In this document: positions 1 to 9,228 of the stretch, one piece after another | How positions within the stretch are numbered: position 1 is the stretch's first letter | Layout: every line of letters starts with the position of its first letter | Assembly: GCA_965219095.1 (NCBI GenBank) | Contig: CBDCMT010000001.1 | Span: forward strand, 1,107,262 to 1,171,261 | Reading direction: 5' to 3' | Source of the DNA: Bdellovibrionales bacterium | Lineage (GTDB): Bacteria > Bdellovibrionota > Bdellovibrionia > Bdellovibrionales > UBA1609 | Length of the DNA: 64,000 nt | Made by a program: the position numbers and the translations under genes | The notes under the pieces: model-generated | Told to the model about the DNA's origin: nothing | Databases searched by the model: none | What the model saw: only the letters and a program-made list of their open reading frames with translations

Positions 1-4
1 GGGT

Positions 5-961
5 TTGCCTACAGGTGTTTTAGTGGAAGGAGCTTTTTCACTTGTAGAAGAAAGAAAACCTAAAGCGTCTTGTGAGGACATACGATGTGATCTTTTAAAA
101 GGTATGGAGATTTTTAACCAAGCGGGGTTTTCTCATATTAGGGATTTTATGGCCATGGACACACCTTTGGAGCAAGCTTTGAAAATTGAAAAAGAAGGCC
201 AACTGACTTTAGCGGTAGAGACGTATTTTTATGCTCAAGATGATTTTGCACGAAGTTTAAATAAAGCCCTTGAAGTAAAATCAGAATGCTCTTCTGAACA
301 GTTGAGATTCAAAGGTTTAAAGATCTTTTTAGATGGAGCTTTAGGTTTAGAAGGAGCTTATTTAAGTAAAAACTATAAGGATTCAAACCATTCAGGATTC
401 TTATTGTTTTCTTTTTCTGAACTCAAAGAAAGGCTTGAAGTTGCTTGGGAGTACGACTTAGAAGTAGCCGTTCACTGTATAGGAGATGAATCTAGTCATC
501 AGCTAGCTTTGGCTACAGAAGCACTTTTTAAAAATAATAAAAAAGGAAAGCTACATGTTGAGCACGGAGAAGTTTTAAGAAAAGAAACCATTCGATGTTT
601 CAAAAAACTGGGAGTAAGAGTTCATATGCAACCTTGTCATTTTCTTACTGATAAGAAATGGCTTTATAATAAGTTAGGAAGCTTTGAGAACGTTTTTAAC
701 TGGAGTTATTTAGAAGAAAAAGATGTTAAATTTGACTTTGGAAGTGATAGCCCTATTGAAAGCCCTTCTCTTTTTGACACTCAAAAAGCCCTGAAAGAAG
801 CTCATAAAAAGGGAATTTTACCTATAAAACGAGACTGGTGGCTTTATCATAGTCATGAAGATAGTCATTGGGTTAGTGATACTTATACAGAGGTTGAAGA
901 TTTTAAAAAAATAAAAAGACTTGTTTTCAAAGGAAAGACAGTTGCTTTCAGTATGATATAG
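5..961 (+). CDS. Amidohydrolase-superfamily metal-dependent hydrolase (Amidohydro_3/YtcJ-like), C-terminal ~318 aa. The 5' end lies outside the window.
   Basis: The ORF is open to the window edge. Motifs VAVHCIGD, HVEHGEVL, VHMQPCH and FGSDSPIE resemble the His/His/Asp metal-ligand strands of the amidohydrolase barrel. Confidence 0.6.
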   Translation: MPTGVLVEGAFSLVEERKPKASCEDIRCDLLKGMEIFNQAGFSHIRDFMAMDTPLEQALKIEKEGQLTLAVETYFYAQDDFARSLNKALEVKSECSSEQLRFKGLKIFLDGALGLEGAYLSKNYKDSNHSGFLLFSFSELKERLEVAWEYDLEVAVHCIGDESSHQLALATEALFKNNKKGKLHVEHGEVLRKETIRCFKKLGVRVHMQPCHFLTDKKWLYNKLGSFENVFNWSYLEEKDVKFDFGSDSPIESPSLFDTQKALKEAHKKGILPIKRDWWLYHSHEDSHWVSDTYTEVEDFKKIKRLVFKGKTVAFSMI

Positions 962-1094
962 ATACTCATAAACAATAACATCTTTTATACTGAGGGAGTC
1001 GGACATACTTTTGGCTCTGTTAATCGAGCTCAAAGGTGCGAGAAGGAAAGAAATTTCATAAGCTCAAAAATTGATTTTTGGAAATGGTATTAAT

Positions 1095-2187
1095 TGTAAT
1101 AGACGTTATATGATCTGACAGTTACCCTTTCTGGGTTGATAAAAAACTGTCTGTCAGTTTTCGTTCTGTTCAATCATCTTTTGCCTTACTTTTTGTTTTC
1201 CGTCAAGGAAAGTTTCCATAGGTGTTCGACCACAACACATTTTTCCCTGATGAGTTCTCCTTTCATTATATTTTACAAGCCACAAGTCAAGGTCAGACTG
1301 CAACTCTTCTATGCTTTTGTACACTTTTTTTCTAAACTCCACTTGATAAAACTCCTCTAAAATTGTTCTATGAAATCTTTCACAGATGCCATTGGTTTGA
1401 GGATGTCTTGCCTTTGTTTTTGTGTGTTCTATATTGTTGATAGCCAAATAAAGCTCATAATCGTGACGATCTTGAACTCCACAGAACTCTGTACCCCTAT
1501 TTGTTAACATACGAAGCAGGGACACATCATGGTCTTCAAAGAAAGGGAACACTCTATCATTGAGAAGGTCAGCTGCTGTGATAGGTGTTTTCGTTTTATA
1601 GAGCTTACAGAAAGCAACTTTTGAGTAAGTGTCCACAAAGGTTTGTTGATAAAGACGTCCTACACCTTTCATAGTTCCCACATAAAAAGTGTCCTGTGAG
1701 CCTAAATAACCAGGATGAGCTGTCTCTACCTCTCCGCACTCTAAATCCTCTTGTTTCTTCTTCTCTAGGGCTTGTAACTGCTCCTCTGTGAAAACCAAGC
1801 CTTCCTCTGCAGACTTCTTTTCTAAAGCTTTCAAACGCTTTTTGAAAGTCTCTAAATTATTTCTTAGCCAGACCCCTCTAACTCCTGCAGGAGAAATAAA
1901 AATTCCTTTTTTCCTTAACTCATTGGACGCTCTCAACTGTCCATAGGCAGGAAGTTCTATAGCGATCCTTAAACAAGCCTCTTCTGTCGTTTGATCAACT
2001 CTGTTTTTTAAATTAGGCTTTCTACGACTTTGCTCTCTTAATGATTCTAAACCTCCTTCCTCTTTGAGTGTCTTGTAACGATAAAATGTATCTCTTGAAA
2101 AGCCCATCACCTTACAAGCTTGAGATACATTGCCTAACTCTTCTGCTAATTGCAAAAGACCTACTTTTGATTTTATAATTCTTTCTT
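1095..2187 (-). mobile_element. IS481-family element, copy A1. The right end is intact; the left ~115 bp is replaced by unrelated sequence.
   Basis: The terminal repeat TGTAATAGACGTTATATGATCTGACAGTTACCC at 1095-1127 matches the right end of copy A2 (31301-31333). Homology to A2 stops at 2187, five codons into the transposase. Confidence 0.85.
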
Positions 2188-2197
2188 TTACCTCCAT
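1154..2197 (-). CDS. IS481-family transposase (rve/DDE integrase core)
   Basis: 347 aa, near-identical to 30231..31274. It has an N-terminal HTH and the motif HPQTNGICERFHRTILEEF typical of IS481/IS3-type integrase cores. The first 4 residues differ (MEVK vs MTYQ) because of the 5' breakpoint. Confidence 0.9.
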   Translation of the reverse strand: MEVKERIIKSKVGLLQLAEELGNVSQACKVMGFSRDTFYRYKTLKEEGGLESLREQSRRKPNLKNRVDQTTEEACLRIAIELPAYGQLRASNELRKKGIFISPAGVRGVWLRNNLETFKKRLKALEKKSAEEGLVFTEEQLQALEKKKQEDLECGEVETAHPGYLGSQDTFYVGTMKGVGRLYQQTFVDTYSKVAFCKLYKTKTPITAADLLNDRVFPFFEDHDVSLLRMLTNRGTEFCGVQDRHDYELYLAINNIEHTKTKARHPQTNGICERFHRTILEEFYQVEFRKKVYKSIEELQSDLDLWLVKYNERRTHQGKMCCGRTPMETFLDGKQKVRQKMIEQNEN

Positions 2198-2245
2198 TTT
2201 ATGGAGACTTTAAGAGAAAATTGACTGTCCGCAGAAACAGGGGAA

Positions 2246-3216
2246 GTTCAATTCCCTAAAGGTATGAGTGGTCCTCTTCAGTATGGTGTAGGCATTAGAG
2301 CTTCCATCATCAATTTCATTATAGTTCAGATGCTGTCTTTTCAACGTGTTGGGGAACATTACATGGGGCTTATAGGTCGAATGATTTCTCCTGCAGTTAT
2401 GTTGAGATACATTGCTGAATTAGGAGAGTTTCTTAAAAGTTGGGAAGAGCAGATGAAAGAAAAGATACTTGAATCAGAGGTCATTCATGTTGATGAGACC
2501 TCTATGAGGGTTAAGGGTAAAAACTACTGGATTCATACTTATAGTTCAGGAGAATTAGTCTTGCAGTTTCTACACCTTTCAGGTGGAAGGGAAGCCATAA
2601 AAGATATTGGTCTCTTGGATAGATATACAGGAGTGCTTGTGCATGATTGTTGGAGTCCTTACTTTTGTTATGATAAGATAACTCATGCTTTGTGTGTGGC
2701 TCACCTTTTGAGAGAGCTTAAATTTATAGAAGAAAGCAATGGATTCAAATGGGCTACAAATCTCAAAAAACTTCTTAAAGAGACTGTGGAGTTAGTTCAT
2801 AAAAAAGAGTCAAGAGTTCTGACTCAAAAAGAGTACGAAACTCTTCAGAGAAGGTATAGGAGTATTCTTACAAAAGGCTTAAAAGAGCTTCCAGAATTTC
2901 CTAAGAAAAATGGCAAGAAAGGACGAATAAAGCATACACAAGCTCAAAACCTTTGGCTGCGATTTAAAAAGTATGAAGCAGAAATACTGTGCTTTGCTAA
3001 AAGAAAGAACGTAGATCCTACTAATAACAGAGCTGAAAGAGATCTAAGAATGACTAAAGTGAAAAAGAAAGTGTCAGGGTGTTTCAGAACAGAAGAAATG
3101 GCGAAATATTTTTGTCGCATTACCAGCTATGTTAAAACAATGAGAAATAAAGGGTATTCTTCTTTAGAAGCCATCTCTATGGCTTTAAATAAAAACTTAC
3201 GAGAGTGAGCAGTTAC
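2246..3216 (+). mobile_element. IS66-family element, copy C1, 5'-truncated
   Basis: Ends in GTGAGCAGTTAC at 3205-3216, the same terminus as the full copy at 50348-51880. Homology to the full copy begins near 2246. Confidence 0.85.
2264..3208 (+). pseudogene. IS66-family transposase, C-terminal two-thirds (N-terminus missing)
   Basis: Motifs DETSMRV, YWIHTY, HDCWSPY, CVAHLLREL and NNRAERDLR are typical of IS66 TnpC. It lacks the N-terminal zinc-finger part present at 50447-50940. Confidence 0.85.
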
Positions 3217-3369
3217 AATTAAACATCTTAGACCTCCTTGTATGTTTTTTGCAACTCTCAAGGTGTTTTTCCTTGTAAGTTGCTTCTTCAAGAAAATCTT
3301 ACAAAGGTCTGAGGTGTTTGTTGATATCAGCTAGCCTTTAGCCCTGAAAAAAGTCGAAACTCGGGTTAT
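3217..3369 (-). mobile_element. IS982-family left-end fragment (F1), cut by IS66 copy C1
   Basis: This is the reverse complement of the first ~150 bp of the IS982 copy at 4615 (ATAACCCGAGTTTCGACTTTTTTCAGG...). The terminal repeat ends at 3369. Confidence 0.75.
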
Positions 3370-3374
3370 TATAT

Positions 3375-3438
3375 CTTATATCACAGCATTGGAAAACTGA
3401 CAGAACCTCCGGGAATCCACAGATTCTTTTGAAGAGGC
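3375..3438 (-). repeat. ~65-70-bp remnant of the ISL3 3' terminus
   Basis: Reverse complement of GCCTCCTCAAAAGAATCTGTGGGTTCCCGGAGGTTCTGGCAGTTTTCCAAGGTTATGATATAAGG, the end of the ISL3 copy at 38384. Confidence 0.75.
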
Positions 3439-3520
3439 AAAAACTTTAGTTGTGCTCTCTAAAAAGAGAGGCTGAAACCAAATTCCAGCCTCTCTTTTTA
3501 AGTGTGATAGTTGTGTTGTT

Positions 3521-4363
3521 TTAATCTTCCCAAGAGTTAACACCATAAACATCAGAGGTTTGACCATTGTCATTTGTAAATTGAACAATATAAGTACCCC
3601 TAAAAACAGAAATAAAAGTCTCTTTCTTTTCTATATCATAAGTGTGACTAACAGCATGTCGTCCCTTTGAAAACCAGAAAAAACTAGAGTTTTCACCATC
3701 AAAAGAAAAATATGGAACTTCATAACTTCCATCTTCATTAAATCTTATCATTTTAGCATATTCATCAAGGTTTTTTGATGCGTTATATTTACACATAGTT
3801 TTTGTATCAGGACTGTAATTCCCATATAAATTACACCATCTAATACTGCTTTTATTATAAGAATTTATATAAATATCTCTGATTATCAAATCTTGCATTT
3901 TCTTGTTAGTAAGATCCAAATAAAGAGAGTATTTTTGACCTTGAGAATTGATCTTAATTGTGTCAAGATCGATATCAATTAGAGTTTCTTCTTTCACTTC
4001 AATAAATTGCCTTGTGGTACTATAAATTAAGGCATAAAGCCCTTTTTTAAGAGACACCTCTTTGTTTAATTCTTTTTTTGTTAAGTAATGGCAACTATAT
4101 TTTTTGGGAACCTCGAGAGTTCCTTCACAGGCAAAGATACCATATTCAGAATCTTGCCCTTCTCCTGGAACGCCATTAACCCTTAAAATCCCTTCTGTAT
4201 TTTTAGGAGGAGTTACTGCTAAGGGTGAAGCCTCCAGAGAGTGATGTGATTGTTCTAGTGAAGCTTGTAAAGTTAAGCTCTGAACTTCTCCTTCCACGAC
4301 GTCTCCATAAGAAAGTCCTCCTAAAGACATCAAAAATAAAAATGTTAGTATTAGTTTTTTCAT
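3521..4363 (-). CDS. Hypothetical secreted protein (280 aa)
   Basis: N-terminal signal peptide MKKLILTFLFLMSLGGLSYG. An AGGAGGGA Shine-Dalgarno lies upstream on the minus strand (4371-4380). I recognise no family. Confidence 0.6.
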   Translation of the reverse strand: MKKLILTFLFLMSLGGLSYGDVVEGEVQSLTLQASLEQSHHSLEASPLAVTPPKNTEGILRVNGVPGEGQDSEYGIFACEGTLEVPKKYSCHYLTKKELNKEVSLKKGLYALIYSTTRQFIEVKEETLIDIDLDTIKINSQGQKYSLYLDLTNKKMQDLIIRDIYINSYNKSSIRWCNLYGNYSPDTKTMCKYNASKNLDEYAKMIRFNEDGSYEVPYFSFDGENSSFFWFSKGRHAVSHTYDIEKKETFISVFRGTYIVQFTNDNGQTSDVYGVNSWED

Positions 4364-4709
4364 AACGTAAAATCCCTCCTTTTCTAATGTTTTTTCGTTA
4401 TTTTGTTTCTTAAGTCCTATTTTCTAACCTACATAATAAAGGAAAAGACTCTTATCCTTTGTTAAAAGCATACCTTGTATGAAAAAAAAAAGAAGAGATA
4501 ACTTTTTGCGTTATGATTCTTATTTCGGGGTGGTAAAGGGTTTTAAGCTAAAGTTTAAAAAATACAGTTAAACAAAGACTATTTATTTTTCTACTTTTTT
4601 AAATCTTAAAGTTAATAACCCGAGTTTCGACTTTTTTCCTGACTTCGACACAACACACTGCAATAAGTGAATAATTTCAAATAGTTACAATTTTTGGGGC
4701 CACAGGAAA

Positions 4710-4742
4710 GGGTAACTGTCAGATCATATAACGTCTATTACA
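4710..4742 (+). repeat. Solo IS481 right-terminal repeat (33 bp)
   Basis: GGGTAACTGTCAGATCATATAACGTCTATTACA is identical to 31301-31333. It sits exactly where the IS1634-like transposase fragment is truncated. Confidence 0.8.
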
Positions 4743-5345
4743 GTTAAACAAAGACAAGGTGTTCTCAGATACCTTTTTCTTCGAGGTCTCAATAAAAGGA
4801 TAAAAACGATCCATAGCCCTATAAACTTTCTCTAAAGGAATCTGTCGGTTAAAATCTTCAAAAAGTGTTTCTACACTACCTCTTTTTGATTCTGGATTAA
4901 AAACTCTTGATAAAACACAGTGCTTTAAAATATCATTCCACTCTAAATCTTTCTTTGTACCCTCAATCAAATTTACAAAACCTAACTCAGCATAAAGCTC
5001 ATTAAAAACTTTCTCAATACCACAAACAACACGCTTTTTCTCCTCTAAAATACTGCCTGAAAACTGGAAATCTTTCTCACTCTTTTTTTTCTTCTCTTTC
5101 TTCTTCTCCTTAGGCCTTCTACCATAAACTAGCTTCTCACAACCTGGAAGCACAGGATTTCTTTGATTCTTAATGTCTATGATCAACTCTTCTGCTAACT
5201 TCTTAGCTTTTTTAACTTCCTTATCGTTTGCAAAAATACCCATAGAACGAATGGTCTTTTGTACGCACTTCCCCTTAAGCCAAACAGACTCTACAATCCG
5301 TACACTTTTTTTACCTTTAGACTTTGATGTTACTTTTACAAACAT
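4719..5345 (-). pseudogene. IS1634-family transposase, N-terminal ~200-aa fragment
   Basis: The N-terminus MFVKVTSKSKGKKSVRIVESVWLKGKCVQKTIRSMG parallels the intact IS1634-like proteins at 39752 and 42094. The last residues are encoded by the IS481 repeat. Confidence 0.75.
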
Positions 5346-5716
5346 TCTTTAAAAAGGCTAAACAACTTTTGCAAACTTGTAAAATGGACCGGGGCCACAG
5401 AAACAACCTAAAACCTGTGTATAACTCCTTCAACTAAAAGCTAGAACCAAAAGAACGGAAATATTTTTTTTTAACTCACTGTGTTGTGTCGAAGTCAGGA
5501 CTTTTTTCAGGTCTAAAGGCTAGCTGATATAAACAAACATCTCAGTTCTTTGATAAGATGTCTTGAAGAAGCAACTTACAAGGAGGTCTAAGATGTTTAA
5601 TTCTAATTCTAATTATATCATATCAATTTATGTTCTTGTCGATGATTTTTTAACCCCTCTCATACAGCAGCATCCAGAACTAGTTTGCTAAAAATAAAAG
5701 AGGTTTTTCTTGTGCT

Positions 5717-6351
5717 ATGTCTTCCAGCGAAATTATCACTCTTTGCTTACTTTTCCAAAGTTCTGTCTTTAGGAATTTTAAAGCCTTTTATCAGTTTGCA
5801 GAAGTCTATCTTAAACCTTATTTTCCTAAAATGTTGTCTTACTCCCGATTTGTGAACATAAAAAAAGACATGGCTTTTTTGATGTTTCTTTTCTCGACAA
5901 GCCTTATGAGTAAAACCACCGGCATATCATTTATTGATTCCACATCGATTTTTCTTCAAAAATAAAAGAATAGGACGAAATAAGGTGTTTCAAAAGTTAG
6001 CTAAAAAAAGGTAAAAGGAGTCACAGGCTGGTTCTTCGGATTTAAACTCCATATTGTTATCAATCACCTAGGAGAGCTTTTAAGTTTTACCTTAACTCCG
6101 GGAAATGTAGATGATCGAAAGCTGAGTTATGGATTTATAGTAAAGGGCTGGTGGGGAAACTCTTTGGAGACAAAGGTTATATTTCATCAGACCTTTTCAA
6201 AAAGCTTTTAAAAAAGGGAGTTAAGCTTATTACAAACGTCAAATTAAATATGGAGAATAAATTGATTCCCTTATTTGACAAGTTGATGTTGAAAAAACGT
6301 TCTGTTGTGGAGGTCAGTGATTGGAGTGTTAAAAGGAGAGTTTCATCTTGA
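5717..6351 (+). pseudogene. IS982-family transposase, broken into several frames
   Basis: Contains IYVLVDDF (upstream, other frame), SEIITLCLLFQSSVFRNFKAFY, FPKMLSYSRFV and GDKGYISSDLFKKLLKKGVKLIT. The ORF track shows only two pieces, 5717-5965 and 6151-6351. Confidence 0.75.
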
Positions 6352-6503
6352 GCATTCTCGCCATCGTAGCCCACAAAACTTTGTCATCAATCTTTTAGGT
6401 ACTCTCATCTCCTATTGTTTAAAACCTAAAAAACCCTCCATTCAACTTAAAACTCAAGAACAGGGGCCTCTGAGCAATATATAAAAGTCGAAACTCGGGT
6501 TAT

Positions 6504-6748
6504 AAATTAAATTGCGTAACTGATTTTTTTCATTTTACATCTTAACCTCACTTTTTTACACTTATTTTAACCCATCAATCGATTCACACAACAATAGATA
6601 TACATAAAATAAACATATCTTATGAAAACTCAACCTCCCTTCAAAAAAAACTTTTTTAAAGCCTCCTAATTGAAACTTTTCCTTAAGTCAATTTTAAAAT
6701 TTTAAATTTGAACATAAAAATGTCGAATTAATTTCTGTAATTGGTATA
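6504..6748 (+). repeat. ~245-bp non-coding repeat, copy 1, ending in the IS630-like lineage B terminal repeat
   Basis: Aligns over its whole length with 43783-44028. It ends with ATGTCGAATTAATTTCTGTAATTGGTATA, the inverse of the lineage B left end at 37654. Confidence 0.7.
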
Positions 6749-6750
6749 AG

Positions 6751-6843
6751 GAGCCCTGTTCAGTGTATGACAGCAGGAAATCATCACAGGACTTTGAATC
6801 CCTTCCTATTTTAAGTTACAGGGTGTTTTTTGTTTATTTTGTC
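6751..6843 (+). mobile_element. ISL3 internal fragment (zinc-finger region of the transposase)
   Basis: Reverse complement of 39410-39490 of the intact ISL3 copy. It encodes ...SVYDS.KSS.DFESLPILSYRVFFVYF. Confidence 0.7.
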
Positions 6844-6868
6844 CTAAAATCCTGCTGAGTTATAACTA

Positions 6869-6924
6869 GTGTTCTGACCAGTAATTTTTTTCACAATTTT
6901 CAAGCCTTTAATCCAGGTCATTTT
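6869..6924 (+). repeat. Solo terminal repeat of IS630-like lineage C
   Basis: GTGTTCTGACCAGTAATTTTTTTCACAATTTTCAAGCCTTTAATCCAGGTCATTTT matches the ~55-bp inverted repeats at 62236 and 63691. It is preceded by TA. Confidence 0.8.
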
Positions 6925-6964
6925 AAAAGAATCTGTGGGTTCCCGGAGGTTCTTTTGAGAAGGC
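6925..6964. repeat. Foldback (palindromic) derivative of the ISL3 terminus; left arm truncated
   Basis: AAAAGAATCTGTGGGTTCCCGGAGGTTCTTTTGAGAAGGC has the same architecture as the complete foldback at 8210-8257. Confidence 0.65.
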
Positions 6965-7116
6965 CAAAAATTTTATAAAAAATATAGTAAAAAAGTTAGT
7001 TGAACTTTTTTAATTGTCTTACTGTATAAAAAATGATAATAATGATGAAAAAATAATTGCGCTGGGTGTTTCAGTTAGTTTCAGAGGATAAATACGATTT
7101 TAAGGAATACAATTTT

Positions 7117-8265
7117 ATGAACTTTAAAACCTTCTTGTTTGCTTTAAGCTTTTCAGTTTTTTTCTCATTCTCGCAGTCCACTTTTTCACAAACTCATGTG
7201 AGTTCAGACCAACTCACCGAAGCTATCAAAGAAGCTCGCCTCACAAATCCAGAACTTCGGTACATCAAAAACTTAGCTAAAAGAATGGGAGTCCGGGTCT
7301 GGCTTTTGGGAGGATCAGCCTCCAGCTTAGCTTACTATGTGAAAAAGGATCTAGAACGAAAGGAAAATGAGAACAAGGGCTGGTTTAAACCCCAAAAAGA
7401 ACATTTCGATTACGACTACACAAAGATCTTTTTTCCCACTCAGGATATAGATTTAGTCGTAGAAGGGGGGTCAGAGGAAAAAGTCTCAAGGCTAGAAGAA
7501 GAAATCTCTAAAAAGTTTCCCTACTTTCAAGGAAATAGCAATAAAAGTGCTTGGGAGGTAAGGCCTTTAAGAGAATCAAGAGGTCCAAAGGCACCTTTAT
7601 TGGAAGGAGATGTATTAAAACAGCATACCGATTCTTATTCTGTGATGATGATAGAACTGAGCGAATCTAAAGATCCTGTAGTAAGAAGCATCAAGGAGTG
7701 GGATTCCAGAAACCCTTCCCTTTTAGAAGATCTTCTAAAAGGAGAAATAAGCTATTATGATTCAAAAAATCATAAAGAAACTCAAAGGTACAACGAGGGT
7801 ATGAATCCTGAGATCTTTTCAGTCATCCGTTATTTGATTAAAATGTTTCAGTATGAACTAAAGCCTAAAAAAGAAGATTTAGAAAGGATTAAAGAAATTA
7901 TAAATGAATTTTCAGCTTCAGAATTAAAAACAGGTTATGCGAAGTTCTGGTGGGAGATGAATGTAAGAAAATTATTTATGCAAAATTCTGATCTAGAGAG
8001 AACTTGGAGAGTGCTTGATGAATTAGGTTTAAAAGAAAAGCTCATAAGCCTGGGAGGAAATAAATGGGAAAAAGGAAGTCTTACTTTTTGGCTTCATAAA
8101 GAACCTTTAAGAACTAAGAAAATAGGAGAAGGAGAAGGAAGGACAGCTAAGGATCTGGGAATAGAGATCGTATCTCATGAAACAAGTGATTTCGAAGCTT
8201 ATGAAATTAGCCTCCTCAAAAGAATCTGTGGGTTCCCGGAGGTTCTTTTGAGGAGGCAAATTTAA
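7117..8265 (+). CDS. Secreted nucleotidyltransferase-fold protein (tRNA-NTase/poly(A)-polymerase-like). The native 3' end is replaced by a repeat.
   Basis: The likely start is ATG 7117, with AAGGA 10 nt upstream, rather than the track start at 7057. Signal peptide MNFKTFLFALSFSVFFSFSQSTFSQ. Motifs LLGGSASS...DIDLVV (G[GS]...DxD) and IFSVIRYLIKMFQYEL resemble the PolyA_pol head and R..R..RF helix. The last 18 codons and the stop lie in the repeat at 8210-8265. Confidence 0.45.
   Translation: MNFKTFLFALSFSVFFSFSQSTFSQTHVSSDQLTEAIKEARLTNPELRYIKNLAKRMGVRVWLLGGSASSLAYYVKKDLERKENENKGWFKPQKEHFDYDYTKIFFPTQDIDLVVEGGSEEKVSRLEEEISKKFPYFQGNSNKSAWEVRPLRESRGPKAPLLEGDVLKQHTDSYSVMMIELSESKDPVVRSIKEWDSRNPSLLEDLLKGEISYYDSKNHKETQRYNEGMNPEIFSVIRYLIKMFQYELKPKKEDLERIKEIINEFSASELKTGYAKFWWEMNVRKLFMQNSDLERTWRVLDELGLKEKLISLGGNKWEKGSLTFWLHKEPLRTKKIGEGEGRTAKDLGIEIVSHETSDFEAYEISLLKRICGFPEVLLRRQI
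8210..8257. repeat. 48-bp foldback element derived from the ISL3 terminus
   Basis: Arms GCCTCCTCAAAAGAA (8210-8224) and TTCTTTTGAGGAGGC (8243-8257) are perfect complements. They flank the loop TCTGTGGGTTCCCGGAGG. Confidence 0.75.
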
Positions 8266-8269
8266 TTGC

Positions 8270-8481
8270 TTGCTGATCTCTCGCAAAAGATGCACCCCCC
8301 CAACACCTACAGAACTTATAGGATGTTTGTTCAACTTGGCTTCAAGCTTCCCCGTAGATTGATTCTTCTTGCCCAAATAAACTCTTCTCTGACGAGATTG
8401 TTTTTTTTCTTTGTCCCAGTAACTGCTTATCTCATACACATAGATGCTTCCATTTCTTTTCTCTTCATACCTATAAGACAT
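8270..8481 (-). pseudogene. IS1634-like transposase, N-terminal ~70-aa fragment
   Basis: MSYRYEEKRNGSIYVYEISSYWDKEKKQSRQRRVYLGKK matches the pattern of IS1634-type N-termini. The reading frame then runs into the foldback repeat, which explains the track ORF 8107-8481. Confidence 0.6.
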
Positions 8482-8960
8482 AGTTCAAATTGAACTATGT
8501 TTTAGGGGCTTTGTCAACTCCCTGTTGATGACTCAAAACTCTTAACGACAGGATCAAATTTCAATCCAAAAACAGAGCCTATGAAAAACATAGCTTTAAA
8601 AAGACCTATAAAAATAGTGTGTTATAAGTTCTCCAGAAAAACTCAATGAGACTAAATTAACTCGTTCTTATGATTTATCAGGAGTATTCTGTTGAAAAAA
8701 AACAGGCTCTTAGTCCTGAAACCTAGTATCAAAATTAACAGATTTCAGGAAGCATAGGCAAGAGTATTTATCTCTAAAAATTCTATAAAATCCTACTTTT
8801 TACAAGGGGGAATAAGAAATTTTCCAGATTCTGAGCAGAACTTAAATCCTAGTGTATATTTTTTGTCGGGAATTTAGGTCATTAGTATTTAAGAATCAAG
8901 GCAAAATACTTTCGTTGTTGCTTAATGGAAGTTCGATACATCCAAAGTACTGAAACGACT

Positions 8961-9088
8961 ATTTTATCTTTAAAAAAAGATTTCTGACACTACAAACTTA
9001 CTTTCTGGAAAAATGCCCTCCACTTCTATTTTAAACATAGCTTACGTACTTTTATGTAGTATTAGTAGTAGAAAACGCTGAAGTCGGG
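8961..9088 (-). repeat. Terminal ~130 bp of an IS1634-like element (5' leader plus terminal repeat)
   Basis: AAAAAAGATTTCTGACACTACAAA...GCTGAAGTCGGG aligns with 15680-15806. The CCCGACTTCAGC terminus resembles the CCTGA(C/G)TTCG termini of the other IS1634-like copies. Confidence 0.6.
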
Positions 9089-9228
9089 TTTAAACTGAGT
9101 TTTTTTTATGATTTTTAGTGGGAAAATTGTAGTACCAGTTTTTTAATCACTCTGTGCAAGAATTTGCTTCCCATGCAGACTTTTTTAAGTGAACGAACTA
9201 TCATAGGAAAGCTTTTTTGAAGATACTG

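Larger units (their letters stand above)
4638..5499 (-). mobile_element. IS1634-like element, internally deleted derivative, inserted in IS982
   Basis: 23-bp inverted repeats CCTGACTTCGACACAACACA(C/G)TG at 4638-4660 and 5477-5499. These are flanked by the 8-bp direct repeat ACTTTTTT (4630-4637 and 5500-5507), which reconstitutes the IS982 sequence. Confidence 0.8.
4615..6503 (+). mobile_element. IS982-family element (F2), both ends present, interrupted by another IS at 4638-5499
   Basis: Inverted termini ATAACCCGAGTTTCGACTTTT at 4615 and AAAAGTCGAAACTCGGGTTAT ending at 6503. The interior encodes IS982-type transposase fragments. Confidence 0.8.

Noticed and set aside
1136-1360. 74-aa ORF antisense to the IS481 transposase, conserved in two copies (also 31068-31292)
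   Set aside because: Its conservation is explained by lying inside a repeated IS. It has no start context or recognisable features, and it overlaps the transposase C-terminus entirely.
8478-8498. Palindrome CATAGTTCAA-A-TTGAACTATG at the start codon of the IS1634-like fragment
   Set aside because: The palindrome is real but short, and it lies inside IS debris. It is most simply part of that element's own 5' region, and the evidence is too thin to call it an operator.
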